The position numbers and the translations under genes are program-made. DNA of 64,000 nt. Origin: Macrostomum hystrix (taxonomy: Eukaryota > Animalia > Platyhelminthes). Under the pieces are notes generated by a model that saw nothing but the letters and a program-made list of their open reading frames with translations, searched no databases and was not told where the DNA came from. The stretch lies in assembly GCA_950097015.1 (NCBI GenBank), contig CATNEN010000038.1, positions 24,428,001 through 24,492,000 on the forward strand, written 5' to 3'. Shown piece by piece: positions 38,601-51,619 of this stretch; positions within the stretch are counted from its first letter, which is position 1, and the number at the start of each line of letters is the position of its first letter.

Positions 38601-41600
38601 GGAGATGAGACAAGGGGAGAGATAAGACAGGGGAGATAAGACAAGGGGGAGATAAGACAGGGGAGAGATAAGACAGGGGAGAAATGAGACATGGAAGAGA
38701 TAATCCACGAGAGAGATAAGACTGGGGAGAGATGAGACAGGAGAGATGAGAGATGAGACTGGGGGAGATGAGACAAGGGGGAGATCAGACAGGGGAGAGA
38801 TGAGACAAGGGGAGAGATGAGACAAGGGGGGAGATGAGACAAGGGGGAGATGAGACAGGGGAGAGATGAGACAGGGGGGAGATGAGACAAGGGGGGAGAT
38901 GAGACAGGGGAGAGATGAGACAGGGGGGAGATGAGACAAGGGGGAGATTAGGGAGACTGGGGAGGGACGAGACAAGGGGGAGATTAGGGAGACTGGGGAG
39001 AGATGAGAGATGACACAGGGGAGAAATGAGACGCTGGTGAGTTGTTGAAACGCAAAGAGATAAGATTATAGATATGAGACAAAATTGATTATGCCCTGAT
39101 AAGGCAAGATGGCTAAAGTATTAGGCACTGTGTGAATAAGACACCTGAGAATGAGATAAAGCAGGGTGAACTCGTTGTGTAGTGTTTAAGCCGGCCAAAT
39201 TAGTCTGTTATATTATTATGTTATGTTATGTTATGTTATGTTATATTCCCCTAGGGGTACTATAAGAGAACAGAAATCTGAGAACATAATGAGTTATTGA
39301 GCAGAAGCTGTCTAACAAATAATTTTTTCCTCTTGAAAATGAAAACTTGCTCTCAACATTATATGTTAGGGCAATATGGGCTTACATATCAATAGTGAAG
39401 ACAGTAGGAAAATGATGAGCCTTTGCCGCAAGCAATATTCGAGATTAGTGCGCATCTCAAAGTCATTAGTTCCTTTCGTATCAGCTTGCTTAGAGAACTG
39501 ACTCACTCAATCACTTGCTCATTTTATCACTCACTCACTCTCTCATTTCAACACTCACTCACTCACTGACTTACTCACTCACTCACCAACTCACTCACTC
39601 ACTGACTTACTCACTCACTCACTCACTCACTCACTCACTCACTCACTCACTGACTTACTCACTCACTCACTCACTCACACATTTCACCACTCACTCACCA
39701 ACTCACTCACTCACTCACTCACTCACTCACTCACTCACTCACTCACTCACTGACTTACTCACTCACTCACTCACTCACACATTTCACCACTCACTCACCA
39801 ACTCACTCACTCACTGACTTACTCACTCACTCACACATTTCACCACTCACTCACTAACTCACCAACTCACTCACTCACTCACTCACGCATTTCATCACTC
39901 ACTCACTCGTTTCATCACCCAATCACTTACCCACTCACTCACTCATTCATTCACTTTATTTCGAAGTCACTAGCTTATATAACATTCTAGATAAGAGAAG
40001 TATTATTATTTCGCTATGACAATTGGCAAAGGTATCATCAAATCAGCGGCAGTTATTGCATTTTGCCTAGCTAATTAAGTAAAGTACAGGTGCCAAATGC
40101 CTCTAACGATTGAAAGCTGGGCCATGCAATTTAGATAATTAAATCTAATTTTGTGATTCATCTATAGAAGTCTATTTGTATTGCGCTTTCGTCAACAGTA
40201 TACAATATTAGATCAGGGGAAGGCTTTAAGTGCGTGATTTTTGTAACGTTGCACTGTACCAGCTGCCTAGCAATTAAACAAAGAGGGCATTAATAGTGAG
40301 TTATTTTTTGTAATTAAGCGAATGCTTCTAGCATGGAATTTTTCGAATTATGTTTATTTTGTTACAATGCAAATATGCAATCAAAAGTAAATATCTAAAA
40401 AACGAAAAGGTTATTTCCGTATTCGACTATCCGATAAATAAGTGATATTGAGAATAAAAAGAACCTGCTATAAAACAGAATGCGCATAATGAGGCATTGC
40501 ACTTAGATGAAACATTGAGTCATTTAATATCCAGCCTGGATCTCATCACCATAACGGAATCTTTCGGCTGCAGTTGCGATTTACCTTGGCATTGGCACAG
40601 ACTATTGCAGAAATCTCGCCGATAAACTGGACATGTTGCTAAATAGATCAACGGCTGAAAACTTGGTCGAATAATGCTGGCCAGACTAGTTGCCATGCCA
40701 ACCGCGCAAATCACCGCCGCCGATGAAGCTTGATTCAATCTTAGTTGCATACTCACCTCGGGCAGCCGACCGGATAGAAATAGTATAAATCTTAAACCGC
40801 TAGCCGGCAAGTGTAACACAGCGTATGTTAAGACTGCCGTCAGTGCCAATTGATCGCTCCAAGTCTCTGATGTTGTGTCGCCGCTTCGATTTTTGTTGAT
40901 AATAATACCGTTACTATTGAATCCGCCGACGCTGCGTCGAGAGCAGCAACAATTTATGACTGCTCTAAGCGCCATCTTGCTAATTAATAGCATAGCTAAC
41001 AATGCCGGTAATGCTAATTGTATAATTAACGCTAGCCATGGCAGGCCAAACAAACTGTAGGCTGTTGCATCCGATTTTAATTCGCACTTCAATGTTTCAT
41101 TATAAGATGTACTATTATTGAAATAGCCTGCAGCCACCAACGCAGTGTCTGGCAGCATGGGCAGGTGTAGAATCATCAGACAGGTCGCGATAACAACTGA
41201 TATAATTAGAAATCCTCTTGGCTGGCGTCTACAGTTGCCTAGCAACCGCTCGACAACCAGCAGGCAATGACTGGCAGCCTGGCACGAGTGCATGCTCAAT
41301 TGTAGGTAGGGCAGAGCTCGACACAGGTGCAGTTGTTGTCTAGTACTGGCAACTGACTCTAGAGATGTTATTGCCCATGGCAAACAGACGGTTAACAAGC
41401 TCATAGAATCAATAGTTGCTAACCAGCCTAGTAGCATAGCTGTCGGTGTAGAACGAAATGCACCCCTGGCTAGGGCCGCTATCAAAGTGCAATTAATTGC
41501 CAAACCGAAAGCGCAGCAGGCTAGTAAGACTCCTGTCAGGGCTCGACTAGCCGATTCGTCCAACGCTTGACAGATCACCGTGTGTTGAAGATTGCCGATG

Positions 41601-44235
41601 CTGTCCAGACTAAAGTCTTGCCACGCTCTGTCTAGTATAGTTAGCATAGTGACTGCCTCAGTTTCTGTATGGATTTAAAACTCTAAGGCTTAGGCTATAC
41701 GGCGCTTCTAGATATCCTGTCAAAAATGTTGGCTATCTTTAAGTCTGCCGCTGTCCTTCACTGTCAGATTTTTTTGCCAGTCTCTACTGCTGCAGCTTCT
41801 CATTCATTGATGCTTTTCTAATTTATTTCCAACTGGTCTTTAGACAAGATTGGGAATGAACGAATAGAAATGAGCCAGCCACACGCTGCGGGATGGAATC
41901 GGAAAAGGGCGAGGTTGGTGACGCTTGGTTGCTGTGTGAGAGGGAAGAAGAGCGAGTGGAGAGAGCAAAAGAGAGACGAGAGGGTGTCACTGGGAGCGGA
42001 TTATGAATTCTGGGTATGAGGAATTCTGAGCACAGTGCGCGACAAACTCAGCAGAGAGCAAATAATGTTCAGTGCTCAGGGATGACTAAGTGCTGCTCAG
42101 TCTTGAGCCGACTATCATTTTGAGCAGATTCTGTCTGCTTCTTCGATTGACTGCTTTTAAAAAAAGAACGATTTTAAAACCTGATGCGCTGGAGTGTCAC
42201 ACCGATTTAACGATTTAAAAGGACGCCTCGGCCCCTACTTGTCTCTTTAGAATCTCTTTAATTAGATTCTGATTGAGACGTGTCTCCCATTATTCCCTTT
42301 ATTCTCTACTCTGCATTTCTTTTCTCCCTTAGCCCCTTTTCTGTACGTCTTTAATTCTCTCCCCTTCTCCCCTCTCTGTATTGTATATAAAACTCTCTGC
42401 TCGACTCAGTGTTTCTGGCATAATCGCAAAAAAGCTACATTTTCTCCATAAAAAATCCAGTCATAAAATATGCACAAACTCTGGCTAAAAGCCACGTCAG
42501 ACTGAACGCAAATTTAGCTAATCCGGCTTTTTATCTTGAATAAATTCTTTCGTGGCATTCCAAAAGCGGCATATTCGAAATGCTTGCTCGCTTAGTATAC
42601 TCTAAAATAATATTCCAACCATTCAACTATGTTTGTTATCTTGGCCACTTTAGACTTGGCTCCCTCGGCATGCTATTTTTTCCTCAAACAAATCCTAAAT
42701 TTGCGTGATGGAATCCCATCTGTGAGGCGGATAAATCTCAATTTAGAAAAGTCTAAATTTTGCCTTGCAGTTGTTACCTGCCTATTATTATTGTCATCGA
42801 CTTCAATAGTTTTCATGTTTCTCTTTCTACACTGCTAAATATTATTTTGCTGTTGCCCATTTCATCCGGTTGCACTTTTTCTTTTTTTGAAGCACATTTT
42901 CATCCTAAAAATTTCTCAGTGTTTGCTCACTCACTCTGGGCCTCCATACTCTTCTCCCCCTCTCTTTCTGGTCCTTTTCCCCCGTGTTTACACTCGGCCT
43001 CTTCAGTCTTCTCGTCCTTCAGTAGGCTAAGACGGGCCAATCGATATTTCATATCGAATGCTTTTTGGGAACATACGTATATGGGTATATGAGCCGTCTG
43101 CGAAGTTCCCAACTGGCTTTCAGTGTTTTTTATCTCCTAATTTGGGCACATTACGAGCGTATTTAGCGCACGAAGATGTTCATATTGCCATTCTGTCGTG
43201 CGTGTCTTTGCGGTCCAAAGTGATAAAGCGTTGGCGCGTCGTCTCTCTCTACGGCCTGTCAGTCTTAAGTTCGTTAAAAGTTAAATGTGAAAAGGGATCG
43301 TTAGTGAAATGGATAGATTTTTTTCCTTTTTCCCCAATATCTCAGTACCCACAGGCCCGTATCAACTGACTAGCCGATATGTATAGAAAAAGCCATTTTC
43401 TCTCCAGATTCCGGAGGATCCGCGCCACCATTGCGAACAGCCATGCCAGCAGAGAAGGCAGCAGCAGCAGCGGCGGCAATTGAATGCCAAATTTGATAAC
43501 GCTGCCTCGGACATTGCCTGCCGGCACCCGTGCCCCCTGACTTGCCACCCGGGCGCCTGTCCGCCCTGCAAACTCTCCGCCAGCGTTCGCTGCCACTGCG
43601 GCGCTTCTAAGCTTCGTAGAACCTGCCGCGAGCTAACCGCAGCCGACGATGACAAGCTTGCCGACCTGCTGCGCTGTCCGAATGCTTGCCAGCGTCGCCG
43701 ACCGGGCTGCGGTCATCCCTGTGGCGCACCCTGCCATCCCGGCTTGTGCGCCGATTTCTCCGAAAAGTGCGAAGCGCCAGTTGAACAGCGCTGCCCCTGC
43801 CGGCGAATCCAACGCCTGGTGCCCTGTCACCGACTCGGTGCCGTGCCGGCCAACGGCGACGACGCGTCGACATCGTCGAGCATCGCCTGTGACAGCCGCT
43901 GCCAGCAGGAGGTCGAAGCTCGACGTCGTCGTCAGGCGGCATCGTCGCCAGCTGATTCTGCTGCGGCTGCTGCGGCCGCTGCGGCAACTCGTCAGGCCGA
44001 GGCTTCACTGCTGCGTCGAATCCAGCAACAGCAGCAGCGTCGACGACATCATCGCGATGGCGAAGATGACGATGATAGCGGCGATTCGAAGGCCGGCTTT
44101 GTGTCGCTTGCCAGCTGGCCGATACTTGCCGTTTTCGGTCTGCTTCGTCGACAATGGAAATTGTTTTTCTCTGCTTTTGTTGTTCTACTGCTAGCCGGTA
44201 CTCTGGCCTGGGCCGCCCTATCGGAGACTGCCTGA
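32679..44235 (+). CDS. NFXL1: NF-X1-type zinc finger protein NFXL1 (RING-like C4HC3, many NF-X1 fingers, C-terminal TM helix)
   Basis: Exons 32679-33262, 34118-34601, 36187-36369, 36657-37121, 43408-44235 join in frame. [29 protein letters not shown]; [21 protein letters not shown]; repeated CGxHxCxxxCHxGxCxPC; C-terminal hydrophobic [20 protein letters not shown] as in NFXL1; no R3H domain seen. Confidence 0.9.
33365..33950. repeat. 19-bp minisatellite (TCTGAAGTCATTGACCRAT) in NFXL1 intron 1
   Basis: Direct. Confidence 0.95.
34657..36063. repeat. 24-bp minisatellite (GTGTCAGATAATGTCAGTTCTATA) in NFXL1 intron 2
   Basis: Direct. Confidence 0.95.
37151..37822. repeat. 16-bp minisatellite (ATTCTGTGAATCTAGG) in NFXL1 intron 4
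   Basis: Direct, near-perfect. Confidence 0.95.
38210..39030. repeat. Purine-rich GAGATGAGACAAGGGG degenerate minisatellite
   Basis: Direct. Confidence 0.85.
39498..39955. repeat. (ACTC)n microsatellite, interrupted
   Basis: Direct. Confidence 0.9.
40520..41647 (-). CDS. Intronless rhodopsin-like (class A) GPCR, probably peptide-receptor-like; nested antisense in NFXL1 intron 4
   Basis: 375-aa ORF with 7 hydrophobic segments: TM1 GLAIN, TM2 LATID, TM3 C...VVERL (DRY equivalent), TM4 LHLP, ECL2 Cys (LKC), TM5 LP, TM6 YAVLHLP, TM7 FQPLIY, helix 8 YRRDF. Confidence 0.85.
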   Translation of the reverse strand: MLTILDRAWQDFSLDSIGNLQHTVICQALDESASRALTGVLLACCAFGLAINCTLIAALARGAFRSTPTAMLLGWLATIDSMSLLTVCLPWAITSLESVASTRQQLHLCRALPYLQLSMHSCQAASHCLLVVERLLGNCRRQPRGFLIISVVIATCLMILHLPMLPDTALVAAGYFNNSTSYNETLKCELKSDATAYSLFGLPWLALIIQLALPALLAMLLISKMALRAVINCCCSRRSVGGFNSNGIIINKNRSGDTTSETWSDQLALTAVLTYAVLHLPASGLRFILFLSGRLPEVSMQLRLNQASSAAVICAVGMATSLASIIRPSFQPLIYLATCPVYRRDFCNSLCQCQGKSQLQPKDSVMVMRSRLDIK

Positions 44236-44314
44236 GACTTACGATCATTCTAGACCGTTTGTTGATGTCAGTGTGTCTTATTGTTATCGCTTTAAAAGCG
44301 ATACAAAACCCGTA

Positions 44315-44925
44315 TGTGGGAACAGGTGTCATCTAGAACACCGGTGTGGAACAGGTGTCATTTAGAACACCGGTGTGGGAACAGGTGTCATCTAGGATAC
44401 CGGTGTGGAACAGGTATCATCTAGAACACCGGTGTGGGAACAGGTATCATCTAGGATACCGGTGTGGAACAGGTATCATCTAGAACACCGGTGTGGGAAC
44501 AGGTGTCATCTAGGATACCGGTGTGGAACAGGTGTCATCTAGGATACCGGTGTGGAACAGGTGTCATCTAGGATACCGGTGTGGAACAGGTGTCATTTAG
44601 GATACCGGTGTGGAACAGGTGTCATCTAGAACATTGGGTGTGTGGGAACAGGTGTCATCTAGGATACCGGTGTGGGAACAGGTGTCATCTAGGATACCGG
44701 TGTGGGAACAGGTGTCATCTAGAACACCGGCGGTGTGGAACAGGTGTCATCTAGAACACCGGTGTGGGAACAGGTGTCATCTAGAACACCGGCGGTGTGG
44801 AACAGGTGTCATCTAGAACACCGGTGTGGGAACAGGTGTCATATAGAACACCGGTGTGGGAACAGGTGTCATCTAGAACACCGGTGTGGGAACAGGTGTC
44901 ATCTAGAACACCGGTGTGGGAACAC
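44315..44925. repeat. 29/30-bp minisatellite (CCGGTGTGGGAACAGGTGTCATCTAGAACA) just 3' of the NFXL1 stop
   Basis: Direct. Confidence 0.95.
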
Positions 44926-45707
44926 GTGTCAGTTATAATGTTGAGTTTTGTGTTTTTGTTTCGTTACTTTGCTCATTACCATTGAAAAGAGAAAATTAAG
45001 AGTTCATTTTTATTGCTTTTTGAACTTTTAATTCTGCCATTGGTTTTGGGTTAGTTATTATATTCTATAAAACTAATCATCTGGTGCCTGTGAACTTGTC
45101 CAAAATGATTTGTTTTTGTTTTTTCGGATTTTGTTGGCCTTGTTGACGGCTGTCTGTTCACCTGCTTAAGTCTATTCGTTTTCTTTCTTTAGCTTTGCTG
45201 CCTCAAGACTTGAGTCGCTTTAAACATTTTCAAAATCTTGCACTCTGCATATTTTGTTGAATACCTCTGCACCTTTAAATTACGAATGTTTCTATACATA
45301 TCGGCTGCTTCCTGATTACGGGAATCATACTTTTCTTTGATATTAAACCAAAAAAGTTTTGCCGACTTTTGTTGACCTTAGCTTTTTGTGTAGATCATTA
45401 TTTCATATACTTTCTGATTAGATTATTATGATGTTTTCCCCGAGCAATAATGAAACTTTCATTTTAACAAACGTTTAATAAACGCGCCATTTAATAACAT
45501 TCTTAAAATTATATAAATTACCAAAATATATATGTTTGATTGATTTAGATATGAGAATATTCTACTATTGCTAGATTATAAAAAATGTGCTACATTATTT
45601 CAGGCTTGTCACTTAATAATACAATCGTATTTATGTAAATTGCAGCACATCTAATAACTTTCTTATTTTTAATATATTTTTCGGACAAAATAGTTTATCA
45701 GATAATA

Positions 45708-46610
45708 GCACCAGTTGAAACAGGTGATTACGGGGTTGGAACAAATTATTATGAACTAGCACCGGTTGGAACAGGTGGTCAGGAACTAGCACCGGTTGGA
45801 ACAGGTGGTCAGGATCTAGCACTAGTTGGAACAGGTAGTCAGGATCTAGTACCGGTTGGAACAGGTGGTCAGGATCTAGCACTAGTTGGAACAGCTGGTC
45901 GGATCTAGCACTGGTTGGAACAGGTGGTCGGATCTAGCACTGGTTGGAACAGGTGGTCAGGATCTAGCACTAGTTGGAACAGGTGGTCGGATCTAGCACT
46001 AGTTGGAACAGGTGGTCGGATCTAGCACTAGTTGGAACAGGTGGTCAGGATCTAGCACTGGTTGGAACAGGTGGTCGGATCTAGCACTAGTTGGAACAGG
46101 TGGTCAGGAACTAGCACCGGTTGGAACAGGTAGTCAGGATCTAGTACCGGTTGGAACAGGTGGTCAGGATCTAGCACTAGTTGGAACAGGTGGTCAGGAT
46201 CTAGCACTAGTTGGAACAGGTGGTCGGATCTAGCACTAGTTGGAACAGGTGGTCGGATCTAGCACTAGTTGGAACAGGTGGTCAGGATCTAGCACTGGTT
46301 GGAACAGGTGGTCGGATCTAGCACTAGTTGGAACAGGTGGTCAGGAACTAGCACCGGTTGGAACAGGTAGTCAGGATCTAGTACCGGTTGGAACAGGTGG
46401 TCAGGATCTAGCACTAGTTGGAACAGGTGGTCAGGATCTAGCACTAGTTGGAACAGGTGGTCAGGAACTAGCACTAGTTGGAACAGGTGGTCAGGATCTA
46501 GCACTAGTTGGAACAGGTGGTCAGGAACTAGCACCGGTTGGCACAGGTGGTCGGGAACTAGCACCGGTTGGCACAGGTAGTCAGGATCTAGTACCGGTTG
46601 AAACAGGTGA
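45708..46610. repeat. 29/30-bp minisatellite (GTTGGAACAGGTGGTCAGGATCTAGCACTA)
   Basis: Direct; homologous to the 44315 array. Confidence 0.95.
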
Positions 46611-47261
46611 TTACGCTCGCAAGAAAGTTAGTAAAATTTTCCAGGTGCTTGTGTGAGTTTCGAGTACAATTACAATTTTCACGACAAAATTGCAATTGAC
46701 AAAATTTATATTTTTTAGGAGGTACAATATTAAAACAGAAATTGTATTGGAATTAGTACAGCTGTAGCTATTATTTCGAAGAGAATTGGAATATATATTT
46801 ATAAAATACACAAATTTTAAGTTGCGATCGAAAATATCAGGTTTTAAAATGCCAATATATTACACTACTGCAGTAAGTAGGCACTGTGAATTTAAGTTCA
46901 TAAATTGACAGAAATTGTGTAAGAAGCTGTTTGGCTTTTTAGTAATTGCTTTCTCGCTAGAAGCAGCAATTCATTCACTGAATAATCAATGCGCTATTAG
47001 TCAAGTTGCGGATTCGAAAGAGTTTTAACAAATAGCACATGCTCAAAATCGTAGAGATTAAAGAGGCTTAAAATTTAATCAGCGAATAAATTTGCGAGTA
47101 AGTCGAATGTCTTATTGTGATAATCAGGCTATCTATTTTTGTGTTCACCGTGAGCTAAAAACTTTGCTACAATTCACAATCAGAACTTGATTAAACTCTT
47201 AGGTCACTTTTAGATTTACTTGGCTAAGAAAAAAAAATCTACTGATTATCCTGTATATTCA

Positions 47262-47972
47262 CGTACTCAATAATTGATTCACGCACTTAATCATTGATTC
47301 ACCCACTCAATCATTGATTCACCTACTCAATCATTGATTCACCTACTCAATCATTGATTCACCAACTCAATCATCGATTCATCTACTCAATAATTGATTC
47401 ACCCACTTAATCATTGATTCACCAACTCAATCATTGATTCACTAACTCAATCATTGATTCACCAACTTAATCATCGATTCACCCACTCAATCACTTATTC
47501 ACCCACTCAATCACTTATTCACCCACTCAATCACTTATTCACCCACTCAATCACTTATTCACCCACTCAATCACTTATTCACCCACTCAATCACTTATTC
47601 ACCCACTCAATCACTTATTCACCCACTCAATCACTTATTCACCCACTCAATCACTTATTCACCCACTCAATCACTTATTCACCCACTCAATCACTTATTC
47701 ACCCACTCAATCACTTACTCACCCACTCAATCACTTATTCACCCACTCAATCACTTATTCACCCACTCAATCACTTATTCACCCACTCAATCACTTATTC
47801 ACCCACTCAATCATTGATTCACCCACTCAATCATTGATTCACCCACTCAATCATTGATTCACCCACTCAATCATTGATTCACCCACTCAATCATTGATTC
47901 ACCCACTCAATCATTGATTCACCCACTCAATCATTGATTCAACAACTCAATCATTGATTCACCAACTCAATC
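47262..47972. repeat. 20-bp minisatellite (ACCCACTCAATCATTGATTC) just 3' of the cathepsin B stop
   Basis: Direct. Confidence 0.95.
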
Positions 47973-48000
47973 ACCTGAGTCACTCATTCTGAGTCCCTCG

Positions 48001-50760
48001 TCAAGCCTTGGGCAGGCCGGCCACAATGCTGCTCTCAATGCCGCATTCGTCTTTGCCGCGCAAGATCCTGAAGAAACCGGACTCGCCCCAGTCGGAATTC
48101 CACGAATTGGCCACCAGCCAATAGGGGGTGCCATTGTCGACGCCCCAGCCCAGGATGCGAATGGCGTGACCGCCGAGGCTGCCGCCCGTAGTATGCTGAT
48201 ATACTCCGGATTTGTACGAAGGAAAGTCGGCGTAGACAGTGAACGCGCCTTCCACTGGACCATTTGTCATGATCTCCGTCATGATCTGCTGCTCAGTAGA
48301 CTTCACCGAGTAAACTGAAGCGCCTGTTGATGCAATTGATTCGGGAGATGTCCGTTTAACAGCTGGCTGAACTGAAGCAATGACTCAACCCAGCCGTCGG
48401 AATCGAGAATCTAACATCGGGATTGAATATTTTAATCCTCCATTCCTTCAGACATTCTCTAGCCCTGAATATTTTAATCCTCCATTCATTCAGAAATTCT
48501 CTAGTCCTGAATATTTTAATCCTCCATTCCTTCAGACATTCTCTAGCCCTGAATATTTTAATCCTCCATTCATTCAGATATTCACTAGCCCTGAATATTT
48601 TAATCCTCCATTCCTTCAGACATTCTCTAGCTCTGAATATTTTAATCCTCCATTCCTTCAGACATTCTCTAGCTCTGAATATTTTAATCCTCCATTCCTT
48701 CAGACATTCTTTAGCCCTGAATATTTTAATCCTCCATTCCTTCAGATCAGACATTCTCTAGCCCTGAATATTTTAATCCTCCATTCCTTCAGACATTCTC
48801 TAGCTCTGAATATTTTAATCCTCCATTCCTTCAGACATTCTTTAGCCCTGAATATTTTAATCCTCCATTCCTTCAGATCAGACATTCTCTAGCCCTGAAT
48901 ATTTTAATCCTCCATTCCTTCAGACATTCTTTAGCCCTGAATATTTTAATCCTCCATTCCTTCAGATCAGACATTCTCTAGCCCTGAATATTTTAATCCT
49001 CCATTCCTTCAGACATTCTCTAGCCCTGAATATTTTAATCCTCCATTCCTTCAGATATTCAGTAGCCCTGAATATTTTAATCCTCCATTCCTTCAGACAT
49101 TCTCTAGCCCTAAATATTTTAATCCTCCATTCCTTCAGATATTCACTAGCCCTGAATATTTTAATCCTCCATTCCTTCACATCATGACCAACTGTGAATA
49201 TTATAATTTGGTAAGCAGCCCAGATGAGCAAATGTTTCTCTGTTCAATCAGGTATTACATTTTTTGTTATACAAGATTAACCTGATGCTTACCGAAATGC
49301 TTATCCTGATTATAGGTGGCATTGTACTCAGGGATGCAGGCCTTGCTGCACTTCGGCGTTGGCGAATCGCCAGTGCAGGGCTGGTACTCCCCGGTGGTGT
49401 GGTGGTCGCAGTGCGGCAGCGAGTACGGCTGGCAGCCGTCCTTAGTGCCGTACTGGCCTCCGGTCACCAGGCCGTGGCTCTTCCAGAAATGCCAGGCGCC
49501 CTCCGGAAAGCCGCCGTTGCAGCCCATGCCGCAGAAGAAGCCGCAGCAGCTCAGCAGATCCTCCGCGCTCAGGTGGGGCTTCGACTGACAATTGTTGCGT
49601 TTTTTAGTTAAACTCATTTGTGAACTCATGCGTTATTGAACCACCGATAAACCACTGAACCCTTCACTCTGTCAGTTGTCTTCGTCACAACCCTTCATTC
49701 TGTCAGTTGTCTTCGTCACAACCCTTCATTCTGTCAGTTGTCTTCGTCACAACCCTTCATTCTGTCAGTTGTCTTCGTCACAACCCTTCATTCTGTCAGT
49801 TGTCTCCATCTGTCAGCTGATCCTTATGTCAGAACCCTTCAATCTGTTAGCTGATTCTTATGTCAGAACCCTTCATTCTGTCAGCAGATTCTTTTGTCAG
49901 AACCCTTCATTCTGTCAGCTGATCCTTATGTCAGAACCCTTCATTCTGTCAGCAGATTCTTTTGTCAGAACCCTTCATTCTGTCAGCTGATCCTTATGTC
50001 AGAACCCTTCATTCTGTCAGCAGATTCTTTTGTCAGAACCCTTCATTCTGTCAGCTGATTCTTATGTCAGAACCCTTCATTCTGCCAGCTGATTCTTATG
50101 TCAGAACCCTTCATTCTGTTAGCTGATTCTTAGGTCAGAACCCTTCATTCTGTTAGCTGATTCTTATGTCAGAACCCTTCATTCTGCCAGCTGATCCTTA
50201 TGTCAGAACCCTTCATTCTGCCAGCTGATCCTTATGTCAGAACCCTTCATTCTGTCAGCTGATCCTTATGTCAGAACCCTTCATTCTGCCAGCTGATCCT
50301 TAAATGTCAGCTGTCCCCAACCCTTCAGTCTCCGAACCTTTCCGCCGCTGTGAATGCAGTGCCTGTCGGACATGGCCTCGACAGCTCCGAAAGCCCAACA
50401 GGAGCCGCAGTTGCTCTGGTCGCGAATTTCGCCAATAGTCGGACAATTTGGCCAGTTTGCGCGCGAATCGAACTGGGCGGGCAGGTCCCTGAGCATTGAG
50501 TCCGGATAGCTGAGCTCGGGCAGGGTGGTCGGATTCGGATTCGGTAGGACGCCTAGCAAAACGCGAACATCGGCCAAAGATTTGAATCGGCTATATCTAG
50601 CAGCAGTCCAAGTGCCTCGGTCCTGACTGTTCACATAGTCGATTAGAGAATCAGTCAGAGGCTGATGCATCGGCTTGTACTCGTAGATTAGAGGTCCGCC
50701 TGCCACAATAGTGGCTAGCGAAATCGCAAAGATGGAGAATAGAACAATTGATTGCTTCAT
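48001..50760 (-). CDS. CTSB: Cathepsin B (papain family C1A cysteine protease), prepro-enzyme of ~345 aa
   Basis: Exons 50760-50338, 49584-49293, 48323-48001. Signal peptide and propeptide; [30 protein letters not shown] (catalytic Cys); [10 protein letters not shown]; occluding loop PHCDHH; [11 protein letters not shown] (His); ANSWN (Asn). Confidence 0.96.
48425..49180. repeat. 42-bp minisatellite in cathepsin B intron 2
   Basis: CTGAATATTTTAATCCTCCATTCCTTCAGACATTCTCTAGCC units. Confidence 0.95.
49657..50310. repeat. 31/34-bp minisatellite (AACCCTTCATTCTGTCAG..) in cathepsin B intron 1
   Basis: Direct; two sub-variants. Confidence 0.9.
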
Positions 50761-51619
50761 TTGTGTATGCAACAAGCAATAAATTAAATAAGAGAAGCGC
50801 TTCTCCTAATGCAGAGAATTAAATAGAGATTCAAATTTCAAGGCCAGTTCAGTCCTGTGGGTCAGCTGAATAAAGGAGGGGGTGGGTCAAGTGTACATTC
50901 TGCTATTTGGCCAATGTACATTCCGGGTGGGCTGTGTCTCTCATCCGCTCTCACTCTGTCCGCGTTTCAAATGTACATAGAATCTCGTCCCCATTTTAAA
51001 CCCTAACCCTAACCCTAAATCTTTCCACTCTCTGCCATCAGACTAGATCTTGTTTTAACCAATCTGTAATACTTGTAGTTTCGCTTATCGTCATGGCACT
51101 AAATTAAACTGTAAAAATATATGTTCACCCGGGCCAAGCTTAAACTACATTTCTACGAGAAAATTGAAATTCCTATCTTTGTTCGTGTCTGCAATGACTC
51201 ACTCGTTCTGAAATAAATGAAGACAAAATTATTTTAAACTGTTAATGCTGTACTGTGTAATAAGGAACCTTCGATGCAAACCAAAAAGGGCCCGCAAATC
51301 TATGGCAAAATCAACCCGATTGGCTTATCTCCTCCTGACGGAACTTTTCGCTCACATTTTTTCTGATCAAACAAACTACATACTTGTTTTAGCAGTCACT
51401 TTAGAGACGTATGGACATCAACTAATTGGATGTTTCTTCAACTGAGTTGTATATTACGTCATATACAAAATGGTAAAAACATTTGAACAACAGAATTGAT
51501 AACATAACAAAATCAAGCAGTTCGTACTGAATTTGTAGCAGGTAGACGAGAAGCTACTAGTCATTTAATGTAATCATTGGATAGCTTTTAGGATACAGTC
51601 AAAGCATGGTTTTAGTTTT

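Noticed and set aside
51001-51018. (CCCTAA)3 telomere-like repeat upstream of cathepsin B
   Set aside because: Only three units; insufficient to call an interstitial telomere or healing site.
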